A stretch of 64,000 nucleotides of DNA from an uncultured archaeon (GCA_963782915.1 CAWALK010000001.1:32001-96000), one strand, 5' to 3'; positions 10,568 through 22,230 are shown, counted from the stretch's first letter. Notes: generated from the sequence alone by a model not told the origin. Numbers and translations: made by a program.

Positions 10568-12185
10568 TTATTTCATTATTGCTTTGAGGTCTTCATCAGC
10601 CGTTGTGATGGGCATGATGTTGAATTTCTCAACCAAGCACGTTGAGGATGCCCGGTGTTATGAAGGCTGGTAGGCTTGGTCCGATGCGTATGTCTTTGAT
10701 TCCTAAGTACAGCAGCGAGAGCAGGATGGCTACGGCTTTTTGTTCATACCATGACAGCACTATCGATAGTGGCAGGTCGTTGACTCCTACGTGGAATGCG
10801 TCTGCTAAGGCTTGAGCGATTTTAACTGCGGAGTAAGCGTCGTTGCATTGCCCAATGTCCAGCAAACGTGGTATATCGTCGATTGTGCCCAGGTCCTTGT
10901 CGAAGAAGCGGAATTTGCCGCATGCCAAGGTTAAGATTACTGTGTTTTTAGGTGCTTTCTCTACGAGTTCGGGGTAGTAGTTGCGGGAGCCTTTTGCGCC
11001 GTCGCATCCGCCGACAAGTAGGAAACGTTTGATGTGGCCGTCTTTGACTGATTGGATAACTTTGTCTGCTACGCTTAACACTGCGTTGCGTCCGAAGCCA
11101 ACCAATACGGTTTTGCCTTCGACATCATCGGGGAAGCCTGGGAGTTCTTGTGCTTTGTTGATTACTGCACTGAAGTCTCTGCCGCTGATGTGTGGGACGC
11201 CTGGGAAACCGACTGGGCCTGTGGTGAAGATGTTTTTGCTGTAGCTATCCATTGGTCGTTGGATGCAGTTGGTTGTCATGAGGATGGCGCCGGGGAATGC
11301 TGCGAACTCTTTTTGTTGGTTGAACCATGCGGTGCCGTAGTGGCCGTAGAAGTTGGGGTACTTTTTGAGTCCGGGGTAACCGTGGGTTGGGAGCATTTCG
11401 CCGTGGGTGTAGACCGTGATGTTTTTGCCCTGTGTTTGCTTGAGGATTTCCTCTAAATCCATGAGGTCGTGGCCTGAGACCAAGATTGCTTTGCCTTTTT
11501 TGTGTCCCAAGGGCACTTTGGTTGGGGTTGGGTGGCCGTAGGTTTCGGTGTTGCCTGCGTCGAGGAGTTCCATGGCGCGGATGTTGATTTCTCCGCATTT
11601 GAAAACTAACCCGACAAAAGCGTTTGTGTCCAAGTTTTTATCGAGTGGCGCTGTGAGTCCTTCCTCGATGAAGCTAAAGACTTTGGGGTCTTTTTTGCCC
11701 AGTAGGTATGCGTGGTAGCTGTAGGCGGCGACTCCTTTTAGGCCGTAGGTTAGTAGCCACTGGAGTGAATGCAAATCCGCATTCATGGTTGAGTCTGCGT
11801 TTATGCCGACTTTTTTGCCCTGTGCAACCATGCCCTCTGTAGTGGCTTCAAGTTTGAGATAAGTTGTTTTTGTTTGGAGCTTTGTTAGCAGTTGGTTTTG
11901 GAGTTGTTCCGTTTTTTTGAGGTAGCCAACGATTGCTTCGGGATCGAAGTTTACGTTTGTTAAAGTGACGAATAATGCTTCAGCAATGAAGACATCGGTT
12001 TGCTCATCTTTGAGTCCAAGTTTTTGTGCTTGCAGGACGAGTTGGCTGAGTTCCCGTAGCTTATAGACGAGGAGGTCTTGGAGGTTTGCGACTTCGGGGG
12101 TTTTGCCGCATACGCCCATGACTGTGCAGCCTTGTCCTTTGGCTGTTTGTTCACATTGGTAACAGAACATTTGATTTTGACTCAT
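10568..12185 (-). CDS. hcp: Hybrid cluster protein (hydroxylamine/NO reductase); indel near the C-terminus
   Basis: MFCYQCEQT..GC..GVCGK, ILVSGHDL, YTHGEMLPTHGYP, GGCDG, DIGQCND, SWYEQKA. The last ~20 codons (EKFNIMPITTADEDLKAIMK) are in another frame. Confidence 0.95.
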
Positions 12186-12361
12186 AATACTTCACTGCAA
12201 ATACTATGTGGGTTTTTGTGTATAGAGGTTTCCCCGTATAGCTAAGGGGTTTAACAAAGCGCTTGATCGATGTGGCAGACAATTGGTGGTTGTTTGGCAT
12301 AATTATAAATATTCCCTGCCCAGATACCGATAAACCAATTACCTACAAAGGGAGGGATACT

Positions 12362-12631
12362 ATGAAAAAATTGTATCTAGCCACAATCCTCTTGGCAGTT
12401 GCAGCATTCACGATTTTCTGGAGCTTCGGTGTAGCAACAGACCTCTTTGCCTCGAAGGCTTTCTCGTCTTTTTGGTGGCTAAGCCATGAAGGCGCACATT
12501 ATGCACAGTTTACAGCGCTCGCAGTAGGCGGCGGCATAATGCTGGTGGGCATGATTTTTTGGGTTGAGCGAAACGACACAAAACCAATACAGCTCAAATT
12601 CAAAGAATCAAAAGAAAATAAAACCCAGTGA
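12362..12631 (+). CDS. Small membrane protein, unknown function
   Basis: ATG after GGGAGG; two hydrophobic segments and a basic tail. Confidence 0.6.
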   Translation: MKKLYLATILLAVAAFTIFWSFGVATDLFASKAFSSFWWLSHEGAHYAQFTALAVGGGIMLVGMIFWVERNDTKPIQLKFKESKENKTQ

Positions 12632-12652
12632 GAAACCAGGATTTGCCGAGTT

Positions 12653-14364
12653 TTAAGCGGTGTTGCTGCGTTTACTGCGCAGCTTAAAGAACACTAAAGC
12701 GCCGCCAAAGCAAGCCAGCAACGCCACGATGCTGCCCCACGATTCAGGCAACACCTGTAAGCTGGGTCCGTTGCCTGTGGTTCCGGTGCTTGCTGAACTG
12801 GCGAGATAGTTGCTGTCGCCTGCAAAGGTTGCCTTAACGGGGTAAACGCCGTTCGCTAATTCTGCTGGTACTGTCCAACTGTAGGTGTAAGCGCCGCCTG
12901 CAGATGTTGTAGGTGAACCGATAGGGCACCAGGTCATTCCGTTGTAGTATGTTAGGATGATGATTTTTCCTGTGACGCCTGCACCGGTGCTGGTTAGGGT
13001 GCCTGCAGACTGTTATTGGGTTGCCTTTGTCGACTGAGTCAACGCTGCATGATACCGTGAGAGTTGTGGCTGAGGTGGTTGGGGGTTGAGTTAAGCCATA
13101 ATTGACTGTAAGTATTACATCGGTGTTTGGTACTGTGAAGGTTCCAGATGCGGTTGATAAGCCATTACCGTTAGTCCAGCTTGAGAAGTAATGCGTAACA
13201 CCATCATAGCCTGTTAGTGTAGGGGTAGCTGCGATTGTGAGAGTGGAACCGATGGGCATTTGATAACTTCGACTGGTTAATTCCCAACTATTGAATTGGT
13301 ATTCAACCCCGTCTATAGTAAGAACAGTAATCGTGTTGAGGCTGCTTAAGCCAGAGTATCTGAATTGAACTTGAACTGTGGATTGTATATAGTTCGCTGT
13401 GACTGCAACATTTGAAGCAGGCATTGTGAATGTTCCTGTGGCGGTGATTAAGCCGTTGCCGTTGGTCCAGCTTGAGAAGATATATCCCTTGGCTGGTGTG
13501 CTGTAGTCGTATATTGGGCTTAGTGCTTCTATTGTGTGGGTTGATCCTGCTTCCCAGAGATATAGTTTTGGAGCTCAGGTTGGGGTAAGCGATGGTTTCG
13601 CCGTCGATCTTTATGATGTTGCTGCCTGAACTAGAAAAGCCAGATGCTGCAAATGTAGCTGTGTACTTTGGTGTCGATGATACTAGGGCATAGTTTACAG
13701 TTAACATTACATCGGAATTTGGTACCGTAAATGTTCCTGAGGCGGCGGTTAAGCCGTTGCCGTTGGTCCAGCTTGAGAATTGATGTTTAACATTATCATA
13801 GCCAGTGAGTGGCGAGGCAGCTGTGATTGTGTGGGTTGAGCCAATGGGCATTTGAAAATTTCGACTGGTTAATTCCCAACTATTGAATTGGTATTCAACG
13901 CCGTCTACGGTGAGAACAGTGATCGAGTTGAGGTTGCTTAAGCCAGAGTATCTAAACTGAACTTGAACCGTTGACTGCACATAGTTGGCAGTGACTGTTA
14001 CGTCTGCAGCTTGGTACGGTGAAATGTTCCTGAAGCGGTCGTTAATCCATTACCTTCACCGTTGGTCCAGCTATGAGAATGCAGTATCCCTTTGGAGGGG
14101 TATCATAACTGGATACTGAGCTCTCAGCTACAACTGTATGTGTGTTCTCCTGCCTTCCAATTGCTGAAAATTTTTGGGCAAGTTAGGAGCGGAATATGCC
14201 TGACCGTCTATGGTTAAAACGATGCCGCTACAGTTACTATAGCCGTTTGCTGCGAAAGTGACCTTTGTTGTAGTGGCTTGTGCCTGAGGAATTGCTGTTG
14301 CGAAGAATGCCATTGCCAGTAAGGAAACAATGGCGAATATTGCAAGTTTGGTTTTAGTTGACAT
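12653..14364 (-). CDS. Secreted multi-domain surface protein with tandem beta-sandwich repeats and a C-terminal PE-motif/TM anchor (multiple indels)
   Basis: Signal peptide (..AQA), four repeats with FSSWTNGNGL..SGTFTVP..V..NY, C-terminal VLPES + TM + KLRSKR, across four ORFs. Confidence 0.75.
13100..13997. repeat. Intragenic duplication (offset ~590 bp)
   Basis: 13250-13405 closely matches 13842-13997; both encode QSTVQVQFRYSGLS.LN.ITVLT.DGVEYQFNSWELTSR. Confidence 0.85.
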
Positions 14365-14771
14365 CTGGTTTACCCCTATTTACTTCTGATTTATGAAGAA
14401 GTCATACAACCGATTATTAAAGGCGAAATTCTAAAACCCCCAATATATCGAAATTCGGAATATCGTCTCATCAAATGGACAGCCTCTTCTCTTCTTGAAT
14501 AGTTTGACTGAAAAAACATAACCTGTTTTCCCGCCTGACTACTAAATTGGTTAAAGAGCAATCGCTTGTGACTTGCTCTTATTAACATTTCTATGTAAAC
14601 CGTGCGTTCCAAATATATTGTACAAGGAAAATACAACTCTGCATTAACTGCTATAGTGAAATGAAGTTAATGCCACCATTAAATAGAAATTAAGGTTAAG
14701 ACAGATACAAGTTGAAATTACCATAATCGGATAAAAAATACAACTGTTGCCACTAGGAGACAATGTAACTA

Positions 14772-15392
14772 ATGTTTTGCTTGCTACCACTCGGATTATA
14801 CACCCCAAACCTCAAAAAGCCACAATACAAAAACAATACCCAATCGCGTCGCATGTATAGGCGACAGCATAACCGAATTGACAAACTACACAACTATGCC
14901 TCTCAGAACTCCTTGGCCAAAACTATCTTGTCGGCAACTTTGGCATCTGTGGCGCAATGGTTTCGCTTGATTCCGACTGCGCCTATATGCACAGTGAAGC
15001 CTTCGTTGAAGCAGCAAACTTCAAACCAGATATTGCAGTGGTCATGCTTGGAACAAACGACGCCAGTCTCAGCCTTAAAGGAATCGCATACCCATTTTGT
15101 TGAGGATTATCTGGTGCTCATAGAAAAACTTCGAGCACTCGAGAGTAAGCCGCGGGTTTGGATTGTTAAGCCGCCGCCCATCTTCAATGAAACCCTCGGT
15201 TACAGCATAGAGGGACTTGCCAAAGGGGTAATTCCTGCTATCGAGGAGGTTGCAGGGCGAGCCGAGGTGCCGTTTATCGATGTTTACTCGGCTCTGACTG
15301 ATTCACGGTATTTCTTTGATGGTGTGCATCCGAATGATGAAGGTGCAAAAGTAATTGCGCGTATGGTTTGCCAAGCGGTAGTTTTGAAGTAA
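14772..15392 (+). CDS. SGNH/GDSL hydrolase 1 (indel-split)
   Basis: RVACIGDSIT and MLGTND in one frame; VKPPP and DGVHPNDEG in the ORF-track frame. Confidence 0.8.
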   Translation: MFCLLPLGLYTPNLKKPQYKNNTQSRRMYRRQHNRIDKLHNYASQNSLAKTILSATLASVAQWFRLIPTAPICTVKPSLKQQTSNQILQWSCLEQTTPVSALKESHTHFVEDYLVLIEKLRALESKPRVWIVKPPPIFNETLGYSIEGLAKGVIPAIEEVAGRAEVPFIDVYSALTDSRYFFDGVHPNDEGAKVIARMVCQAVVLK

Positions 15393-15524
15393 ACTGGGCT
15401 AAATCTGTGCCTATTTTGCGCTTTCTCGCTGCGTTTTCTCTCATTTCGTTGATACTTATTGTAACACCGTAAACTAAAATTAAGACAACACCGTATAGTG
15501 GGAAAGATTCATCTAGGGTTGAGT

Positions 15525-16217
15525 ATGCACGCAAAACAGTATATGCGCAAAAGAAATACGGTAGCTGCATTGGGACTCGTGATGGTAATCATTACTTCTG
15601 TCTTCGCATATGTTTGGCGAAATGGAAATAATCCGAGCAAGACAAGATTGTTCGAGTGGCATGCGTGGGCGACAGCATCACTCAGCTAAGTGGATATCCC
15701 CATAAACTTCAACTCATGTTAGGCACTAACTATTCAGTACAGAATTTTGGTGTTGCTGGCGCAACGGTGTCACTTGATTATAAAATAGCCTATATGAAGC
15801 AGCAAGCATTCCAGCAGGCAATGGATTTTCATCCAGATATTGTCCTAATAATGTTAGGCACCAATGATGCAAACTTGGAAGTCAACAATGATACCGATAT
15901 AGCCTATGATTATACTGAACTATTGAGATGCTTTCGACAATGTGGCAAGTAACCCCCAAATTGTAGTTGTCGATTCACCACCAATATATCTCCGACTTAT
16001 TCAGGCTACAATAACACCTATCTAACCACAAATGTTATTCCATCAATCGATAACGTTGCCAATCAAATGAATCATCCCCACAGTCGACATGCATAGTGCT
16101 TTTGAGAATCACTCGGAATACTTTGCGGATGGGATCCACCCTAATAATGAAGGGTTCATCGCTTATAGCCTCGACAATGTATGATGCTGTATGTATTGCA
16201 GTATTATGTACTCCTAA
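15525..16217 (+). CDS. SGNH/GDSL hydrolase 2 with N-terminal anchor (indel-split, end approximate)
   Basis: N-terminal TM, VACVGDSIT, NFGVAG, MLGTND, and DGIHPNNEG at ~16128-16155. Confidence 0.8.
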
Positions 16218-16327
16218 TTTTCAAATCAGCTATTGTGGTTGAAAGTTGTTTCCTTTACTACCTTTACAAAGTATTATAAACACAAAGATACAATAGCGAC
16301 ATGGTAGGATTAAGGAAGACCGAGAAA

Positions 16328-17393
16328 TTGCACCCTAAAATCGGGGGACAACTTTCCTCCCGTTGATCTAATCAGAACCGTCGCCATAGTCTTGGTCATT
16401 TTACTCCATGCATCCACTGAATCATACTCAAACGTTGATTTGATGTCTTCTCAGGGAGTGCAGATTTGGTGGGCATCCAACATCTATGACTCCATAGCGC
16501 GGGTGTGTATTCCGTTGTTTGTTATGTTGGCGGGTGCACTTTTGCTCCAACCAAGCAAGGCTGATGAGCCAATACGGGTTTTCTATAAGAAACGCTGGGC
16601 ACGCATTGGGTTGCCCGTTATTTTTTGGGGTATACTGTATTTTGCTTGGAGCTTCTTGGTTGACGGCAAAACATTCAATGTAGACTCAGTAATTCAAGGT
16701 GTGTTGACTGGGCCGTACTACCAATTCTGGTTCGTCTACCTGCTGGTTGGATTGTACATATTAACGCCGATTTTGCGGGTTTTCATGAAGCATGCGAGCA
16801 ACCGAATTCTGAAGTATGCTCTTTTTGTGTGGTTCATCGGCACAGCGGTTATGCCGCTTTTAACGCTGATAGGGTCCTACTACCTGAATGCTAACTTTTT
16901 TGTTTTCACGGGGTGGGTTGGCTACTTTGTTTTAGGCGCTTACCTGCTAAAGGTTAGGGTAGCCCGAAAGGTTCTCCTCGCAGGTTTGGTTGGGGGTTTG
17001 CTGTGGACAATAATCGGGACTTACCTGACGATAGGTTCGCTGGGGGAAAGTTTTAGTCAATTCTTCTACGACGGCTTTAGCATCAACATGATTGTTGCTT
17101 CAGCCGCGCTTTTCTTGCTGTTACTGGCGGTTCCAACCCAAAACCTCCAAACCACACATCCACGAACAAACCGTATAATAAAACTAATAAGCGCCAACAC
17201 TTTGCCGATTTTCCTCTTCCACGTCATAGTGCTCGAAACCTTGCAGAATGGCTACTTGGGATTTACCCTAAGCGTCACATCCATGAATCCCCTAATAGCC
17301 ATCCCACTAATTACAGGTCTCACTTTGCTGATTTGCCTCGCAGTAATAGTGCCGCTAAAGAAGATACCCTACGTGAAAAAAATAATCGGTTAA
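16328..17393 (+). CDS. Acyltransferase family 3 membrane protein
   Basis: DLIRTVAIVLVILLH (R-x10-H), CIPLFVMLAG, WFVYLL, about 10 TM helices. Start approximate. Confidence 0.88.
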
Positions 17394-17462
17394 CCACCAT
17401 TCGAAGCCTCCCGAAAACAAGTCTTATGTACTTCCTTACCCCATACAAAGAAGCGATGCAGC

Positions 17463-17843
17463 ATGTCAACTGACACAGAAGCCAAGATTAAACAAGACCT
17501 CCTAGCAGAAATCCAAGTCCTAGAACAAAACTACAAGGTCCTTGCAGGATTCATTTTAGGGACAGACTATGACCCCATAACCATTGGCAATAGTATTCAA
17601 ACTTTCAAAGACAGCCTTAGCCGCGCCAGCGCCTATGTACTTGCACTCTATAACCTTAAGGGCAGACGCGTAAACATTCCATGGGACCCACTCTTTACAA
17701 GCCTTGATTATGCGTTGGCTACCCTTTCTGTTTCAGCAAAGGTTAAACAGAGAGAGGCAGTCCGAACGATTTTGGCTATGTCACGTGAGCAGATGGCTCA
17801 GGTTATCTCATATTTTGTGACGCTAAAAGAATCCCTCAAATAA
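17463..17843 (+). CDS. Hypothetical alpha-helical protein
   Basis: Clean 126-aa ORF with TATA-like element upstream and T-run downstream. Confidence 0.7.
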   Translation: MSTDTEAKIKQDLLAEIQVLEQNYKVLAGFILGTDYDPITIGNSIQTFKDSLSRASAYVLALYNLKGRRVNIPWDPLFTSLDYALATLSVSAKVKQREAVRTILAMSREQMAQVISYFVTLKESLK

Positions 17844-17893
17844 CCATTTTTTTGGTTACGATAAGGCTTATTTAGTTTGAGTCTTGTCTTTTT

Positions 17894-18367
17894 TTGGTAG
17901 TTATGCCTTCTATTTTTGTCGCTCAAATCGACTTGGCTATACAAGCTACAATTTTTGTTTTATTAATTGCTAGTTTAGCGGCTATGCGTATGCGTAAAAT
18001 TAAGGCGCATGCATGGGTCATGCTAACGGCGGTAGTCCTCAACCTTGTTTCTTTTGCGGCGATTATGGGTCCAGCCTTGGACAATGTAGGCGAAGGCGGG
18101 GCGGGAGCTCTATCGAGTTTAGCCTTGTTGCATGTGGGGTTTGGCGGTTTAACCATGCTTTCAAGCTTCTGGGTACTGGGCACATGGCTAATACCCTCTG
18201 TTCTAATGCAAAACGCTAAACTACGATGCTACGGCAAATTCAACAAGCGACTCATGGCGGCGGTGACGCTGCTGTGGATAGCTGCTTTGATTGCAGGGTT
18301 CATACTTTTCTTTATGGTAAACACAACTGTTCTGGGCTCTTTTCCAATAATAGGCGGAGGAGACTAA
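17894..18367 (+). CDS. DUF420-like membrane protein
   Basis: Four TMs with His in helices 2 and 3 (KAHAWVM, LLHVGFG). Confidence 0.6.
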   Translation: MVVMPSIFVAQIDLAIQATIFVLLIASLAAMRMRKIKAHAWVMLTAVVLNLVSFAAIMGPALDNVGEGGAGALSSLALLHVGFGGLTMLSSFWVLGTWLIPSVLMQNAKLRCYGKFNKRLMAAVTLLWIAALIAGFILFFMVNTTVLGSFPIIGGGD

Positions 18368-18368
18368 G

Positions 18369-19133
18369 ATGCAAAGAAACATAGCTTACTTCGCGCTGGA
18401 AACATCGCCTCTTTAATTGCGGCATTAATAATCAATGGTTTAGCAGGCACAACCTTGCTTAATGGCAGAACCACCGCAGATGTATCCGCCGCTTACCCCA
18501 CACTCATCACGCCTGCAGGCTACGTTTTTAGCATCTGGGGCATAATCTACATACTCCTTGCTGCCTTCGCCATATACCAAGCCCTGCCCAGCCAAAAAAA
18601 CAAGCCCTACCAAAAACAAATCGGCGCATTATTCATCCTAAGCAACATCCTAAACAGCATCTGGCTGTTTCTTTGGCAATACGACTTCATCACGGTTTCA
18701 GTTGTTGTGATGTTTGCTCTTTTGGCATCGTTGATTGCGATTTATGTTAGGCTTGGCATCGGCAAAACAAAAACGCCGCTAAAGGAGCGATTGCTTGTGC
18801 ATGTGCCTTTCAGCGTGTATTTGGGCTGGATAACTATTGCATCCATCGCGAACGTTGCAAGTGCCTTGGTGTCGGTGGGTTGGGGTGGTTTTGGTTTAAG
18901 CGCTGAAACGTGGGCGATTGCTGTTTTGGCTTTGGCGCTGATTATTGCGTTGGCAATGATTCTTACCCGCAGAGACATCGCATATACGTCTGGTGATTGT
19001 TTGGGCGCTTGCAGGCATAGCCATAAACCAAACTGCATATCCAAACATTGTGTTGACTGCTGAAGTAGCCATCGTCGTTATCGTGGTTGCACTTGTTGCC
19101 ACATTGGTTTTCTATCGTGTAAGGCGACGGTGA
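18369..19133 (+). CDS. Tryptophan-rich sensory (TspO-related) membrane protein (indels)
   Basis: YPTLITPAGYVFSIWGIIY, PFSVYLGWITIASIAN. N- and C-termini lie in other frames. Confidence 0.8.
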
Positions 19134-19670
19134 TATCTAATAAACAATCGAATACTCGCATACGAATTAGTCGGCATAGTATTCATTATCTTCTTAGGCA
19201 GCTTCCTCCATTTTACCTTCGAATTATCAGGCGGCAACCCCGTCGTCAGTGTTTTCTCTGCAGTGAACGAGAGCATCTGGGAGCACCTAAAACTTGCGTT
19301 TTGGCCAGCAACCCTGTTTGCCCTAATCGAACTTTTACCGCTAAAACGGGTGGCAAACAATTTCTGGTTATCTAAAACCGTAAGCATCTACTTTATGGTG
19401 ACACTTATCCCCCTCATCTTTTACGCTTACACTGCTTTTACTGGACAGAGCATATTCGCCGTGGACATTGCATCATTCGTGGTGGCAGTGATTATTGGGC
19501 AACTGATAAGCTACAAGCTCTTAACGCATCGCAAGTTTGCGTCTAGGCTGAATTGGGCGGCACTGGTTCTATTGATTGTTTTAGCGGTTATCTTCATAGT
19601 TTTCACTTTCACGCCGCCCCACATACAAATATTCCAAGACCCAATCACTGGTAGATACGGAATCGCCTGA
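19130..19670 (+). CDS. DUF6512-like membrane protein
   Basis: GSFLHFTFELSG..FSAVNESIWEHLKL, FTFTPP..IFQDP.TG.YG. Start approximate. Confidence 0.7.
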
Positions 19671-19724
19671 GACTTTAATAAAAAGAAACTACAAGTACAC
19701 TAGCAAAGCGAACAGTGACCTGCC

Positions 19725-20099
19725 ATGGCATATTTGCGTGAAGAAAATCAGAAAATCGAAATCGATTATCCAATAGAGAAGGTTTGGGATGCAGTTCCTG
19801 AAGTAGTAAAGACAATAGAGTGGACTGTGGAAGAAAAAAACGATGAAACTCATAAAGCAAAGCTTCGCACTAAGAAGGGTTTCTTATCATACAGTACCGT
19901 CATGAATGTTGAGGCTGTTTCGGTGGGTGAAGAAAAAACTCGTGTATCCATAAGCGCAGAGACTCCCGTGACGACTATTACTTCTATGGCTGATTTTGGC
20001 AGAACACGCGACCGCATTGAACTCTTTATCGAAGGTTTAGCGGTGCAGATCGATAAGACTTTGCAGATGGAGAAGGAAGAGAAGAAGAAAAAGAAGTAA
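19725..20099 (+). CDS. Conserved hypothetical protein
   Basis: 124-aa alpha/beta ORF with a K/E-rich tail. Confidence 0.7.
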   Translation: MAYLREENQKIEIDYPIEKVWDAVPEVVKTIEWTVEEKNDETHKAKLRTKKGFLSYSTVMNVEAVSVGEEKTRVSISAETPVTTITSMADFGRTRDRIELFIEGLAVQIDKTLQMEKEEKKKKK

Positions 20100-20100
20100 T

Positions 20101-21054
20101 TTACTCCATTATTTGCCAGCGTTTAAACGCAATCAATGCGACGAGCAGCAGAACCTCAGTGTAGAGCACTGCAAAGGCAACTGAACGAGCCGTTATAAGC
20201 GTGATGGATTCACTGTAGAGGTACCTTGGCGTCGCTGTTGAGTTCGGGTTGATTAGGGCTTGGAGGTCGGTGTAGTAGAAGCTCACGTTTGCGTCGGGGT
20301 ACTGCACCATTTTTATGAGGTTGACTCCTATGCTGTCGGTGCCTGTAGCGGTAGATGCAAACGTGTTGACGGTGACAGCTGAAATCGTGATGTTTTGACC
20401 CGCTGAGATTTCCATGGTTCCGCTGGCTCCGCTTCCCGGAATATAGTTCAGCGGTGCAGGGTTGTCAGATAACTGAGCCGCTATAGCGCCACCCATGAAC
20501 AACGCAATGAATAATCCAAAAGCAGTTAGAATCGCTAGTAACGAATTTTTTGAGATGGAACCAGCCGCCAAAACCACGCCCACCCAAATAAAAGTGCTCA
20601 ATATATCGCCGAATAATGCGAGTGGAACCAAGTGGAGGTTGTTTTGGGGTCCATAGACGATTAAGCCGCCTATCATGGTGTAAGTGTAGAGTAAGCTGTA
20701 GGTTACTAGTAGGACGATGAATATGGCGAATAGTTTGCCCAAGAACACCATTGTTCGTGATACGGGTTTGGTGAGTAGGGGGACGATTGTGCCTTTTTCG
20801 TATTCACCTGAGATGCTGTACATGCCTGTGACGATGGCAAATAGTATGAAGGTTAGGCTTCCGGCGCTAAAGGTGGTGGCGAAATATGGGTTCTGTGAGA
20901 CACCAAAAGATGCTGGTAAAGCCAAGGTTATGGTGGCGAAGATAAACGCGAATATGAGGGCTCCTATGAACATTTTTTTGCGGATGTTCCAGAGCATTTC
21001 GTAGCGCACGATTGCCCAGAACCGCTGCATCCAACTCGGTTTTTCTCTAGTCAT
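20101..21054 (-). CDS. ABC-2 type permease
   Basis: SISGEYEKGTIVPLLTKPVSR..GKL motif, about 6 TMs. Confidence 0.9.
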   Translation of the reverse strand: MTREKPSWMQRFWAIVRYEMLWNIRKKMFIGALIFAFIFATITLALPASFGVSQNPYFATTFSAGSLTFILFAIVTGMYSISGEYEKGTIVPLLTKPVSRTMVFLGKLFAIFIVLLVTYSLLYTYTMIGGLIVYGPQNNLHLVPLALFGDILSTFIWVGVVLAAGSISKNSLLAILTAFGLFIALFMGGAIAAQLSDNPAPLNYIPGSGASGTMEISAGQNITISAVTVNTFASTATGTDSIGVNLIKMVQYPDANVSFYYTDLQALINPNSTATPRYLYSESITLITARSVAFAVLYTEVLLLVALIAFKRWQIME

Positions 21055-21998
21055 TTACTGTTTGCCTCCATTGGTTTGTTGATTAATTGTATAAACACGT
21101 CTTCGAGGCTGTGGCTTTTCTGGTTCATGCCAACTATTACGCCCCCTGCGCCGGTTATGGCCTGCGATATTTGTGCTCTGACATCTTCGCGGGTTGATAG
21201 GGTAATTGTGAGTGAATTGCCGTTTTTTGAGGCATCCTTCACAGGGGTTAGAGCCTTCAGCGCTGCTACGACGGTGTCAGTTAGGTTTACTACTTCCACC
21301 TGTACCGTAGCGGGGCCTGAAATCATCCCCGAAACCTTCTCCAACGTATCCGAAACCAACGCTTGCCCCCTGCTGATGATAGTTACGTGGCTGCAGATTT
21401 GCTCCACCTCAAAAAGCAAATGCGAAGAAACAAACACAGTCATGCCCTCTTTACTGATGGCTTTGACGAGTTCTCGCACTTCAACCATACCCACAGGGTC
21501 TAAGCCTATGCTGGGTTCGTCAAGCACCACCAACTCGGGACTGTTAAGCAGCGCCTGTGCGATGCCTATGCGTTGCTGCATGCCCTTGCTGTATTTACCG
21601 ATTAAGTCGTTTTCCCTGCCTTTCAAACCGACTAGATCGATTAGTCTGGGGATTTGCGAGGCGCGTTCTTGCTGGGTCATGCCGTACATTCGGCCGTAGA
21701 CATCAAGCAATTCGGCGCCTTTGAGGTGCTTTGGGAACTTGGGCAACTCAGGCATGTAACCGATGCGTAGGCGTGCGTCGGCGTCATCAACGTGGACTTC
21801 TTTTCCAAGAACCTTCGCTGAGCCGCCGCTGGCTTTTAGCAGGCCGACTAGGATTTTTATGGTTGTGGATTTTCCTGCTCCGTTGGGTCCTAGAAATCCG
21901 TGGATGGTGTTGCGTTGGACTTTGAGGTTGAGTTTGTTTACTGCAATAAGTGAGCTGTATTGTTTTGTTAGGTCGGTGGTTTCGATGGCATAATCCAT
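21051..21998 (-). CDS. ABC transporter ATP-binding protein
   Basis: GPNGAGKST, YSKGMQQR, LDEP, SSH. Confidence 0.95.
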   Translation of the reverse strand: MDYAIETTDLTKQYSSLIAVNKLNLKVQRNTIHGFLGPNGAGKSTTIKILVGLLKASGGSAKVLGKEVHVDDADARLRIGYMPELPKFPKHLKGAELLDVYGRMYGMTQQERASQIPRLIDLVGLKGRENDLIGKYSKGMQQRIGIAQALLNSPELVVLDEPSIGLDPVGMVEVRELVKAISKEGMTVFVSSHLLFEVEQICSHVTIISRGQALVSDTLEKVSGMISGPATVQVEVVNLTDTVVAALKALTPVKDASKNGNSLTITLSTREDVRAQISQAITGAGGVIVGMNQKSHSLEDVFIQLINKPMEANSK

Positions 21999-22230
21999 TT
22001 GTTTGCGCCTTCTTGGATGCTATCTGTTGGGTTTTGATTATAAGCTTTAATCAGCTATTGAGCAAAGTTGTTGAATTTCCCAAACGGGGTTTCATAAGCA
22101 AGGCTGGTTAGGAGCGGTTGTCTCTTTGATGTACCCTTTTTATTATAAAAATTAATTAATCACAAACTGACTAATCAGTTGTAACTAGCAAGGTACAATT
22201 GGGCGGTATCTTGCCGTTTGGGTGTAGGCT

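Noticed and set aside
681-12185. Denitrification cluster (NorQ/NorD-, NapH- and NosD-like genes plus hcp)
   Set aside because: No catalytic norB, napA or nosZ. CASH/NosD-like proteins are generic surface proteins in archaea.
21076-21699. Long antisense ORFs (also 57857-58510 and 61758-62381)
   Set aside because: Shadow frames opposite well-supported genes.
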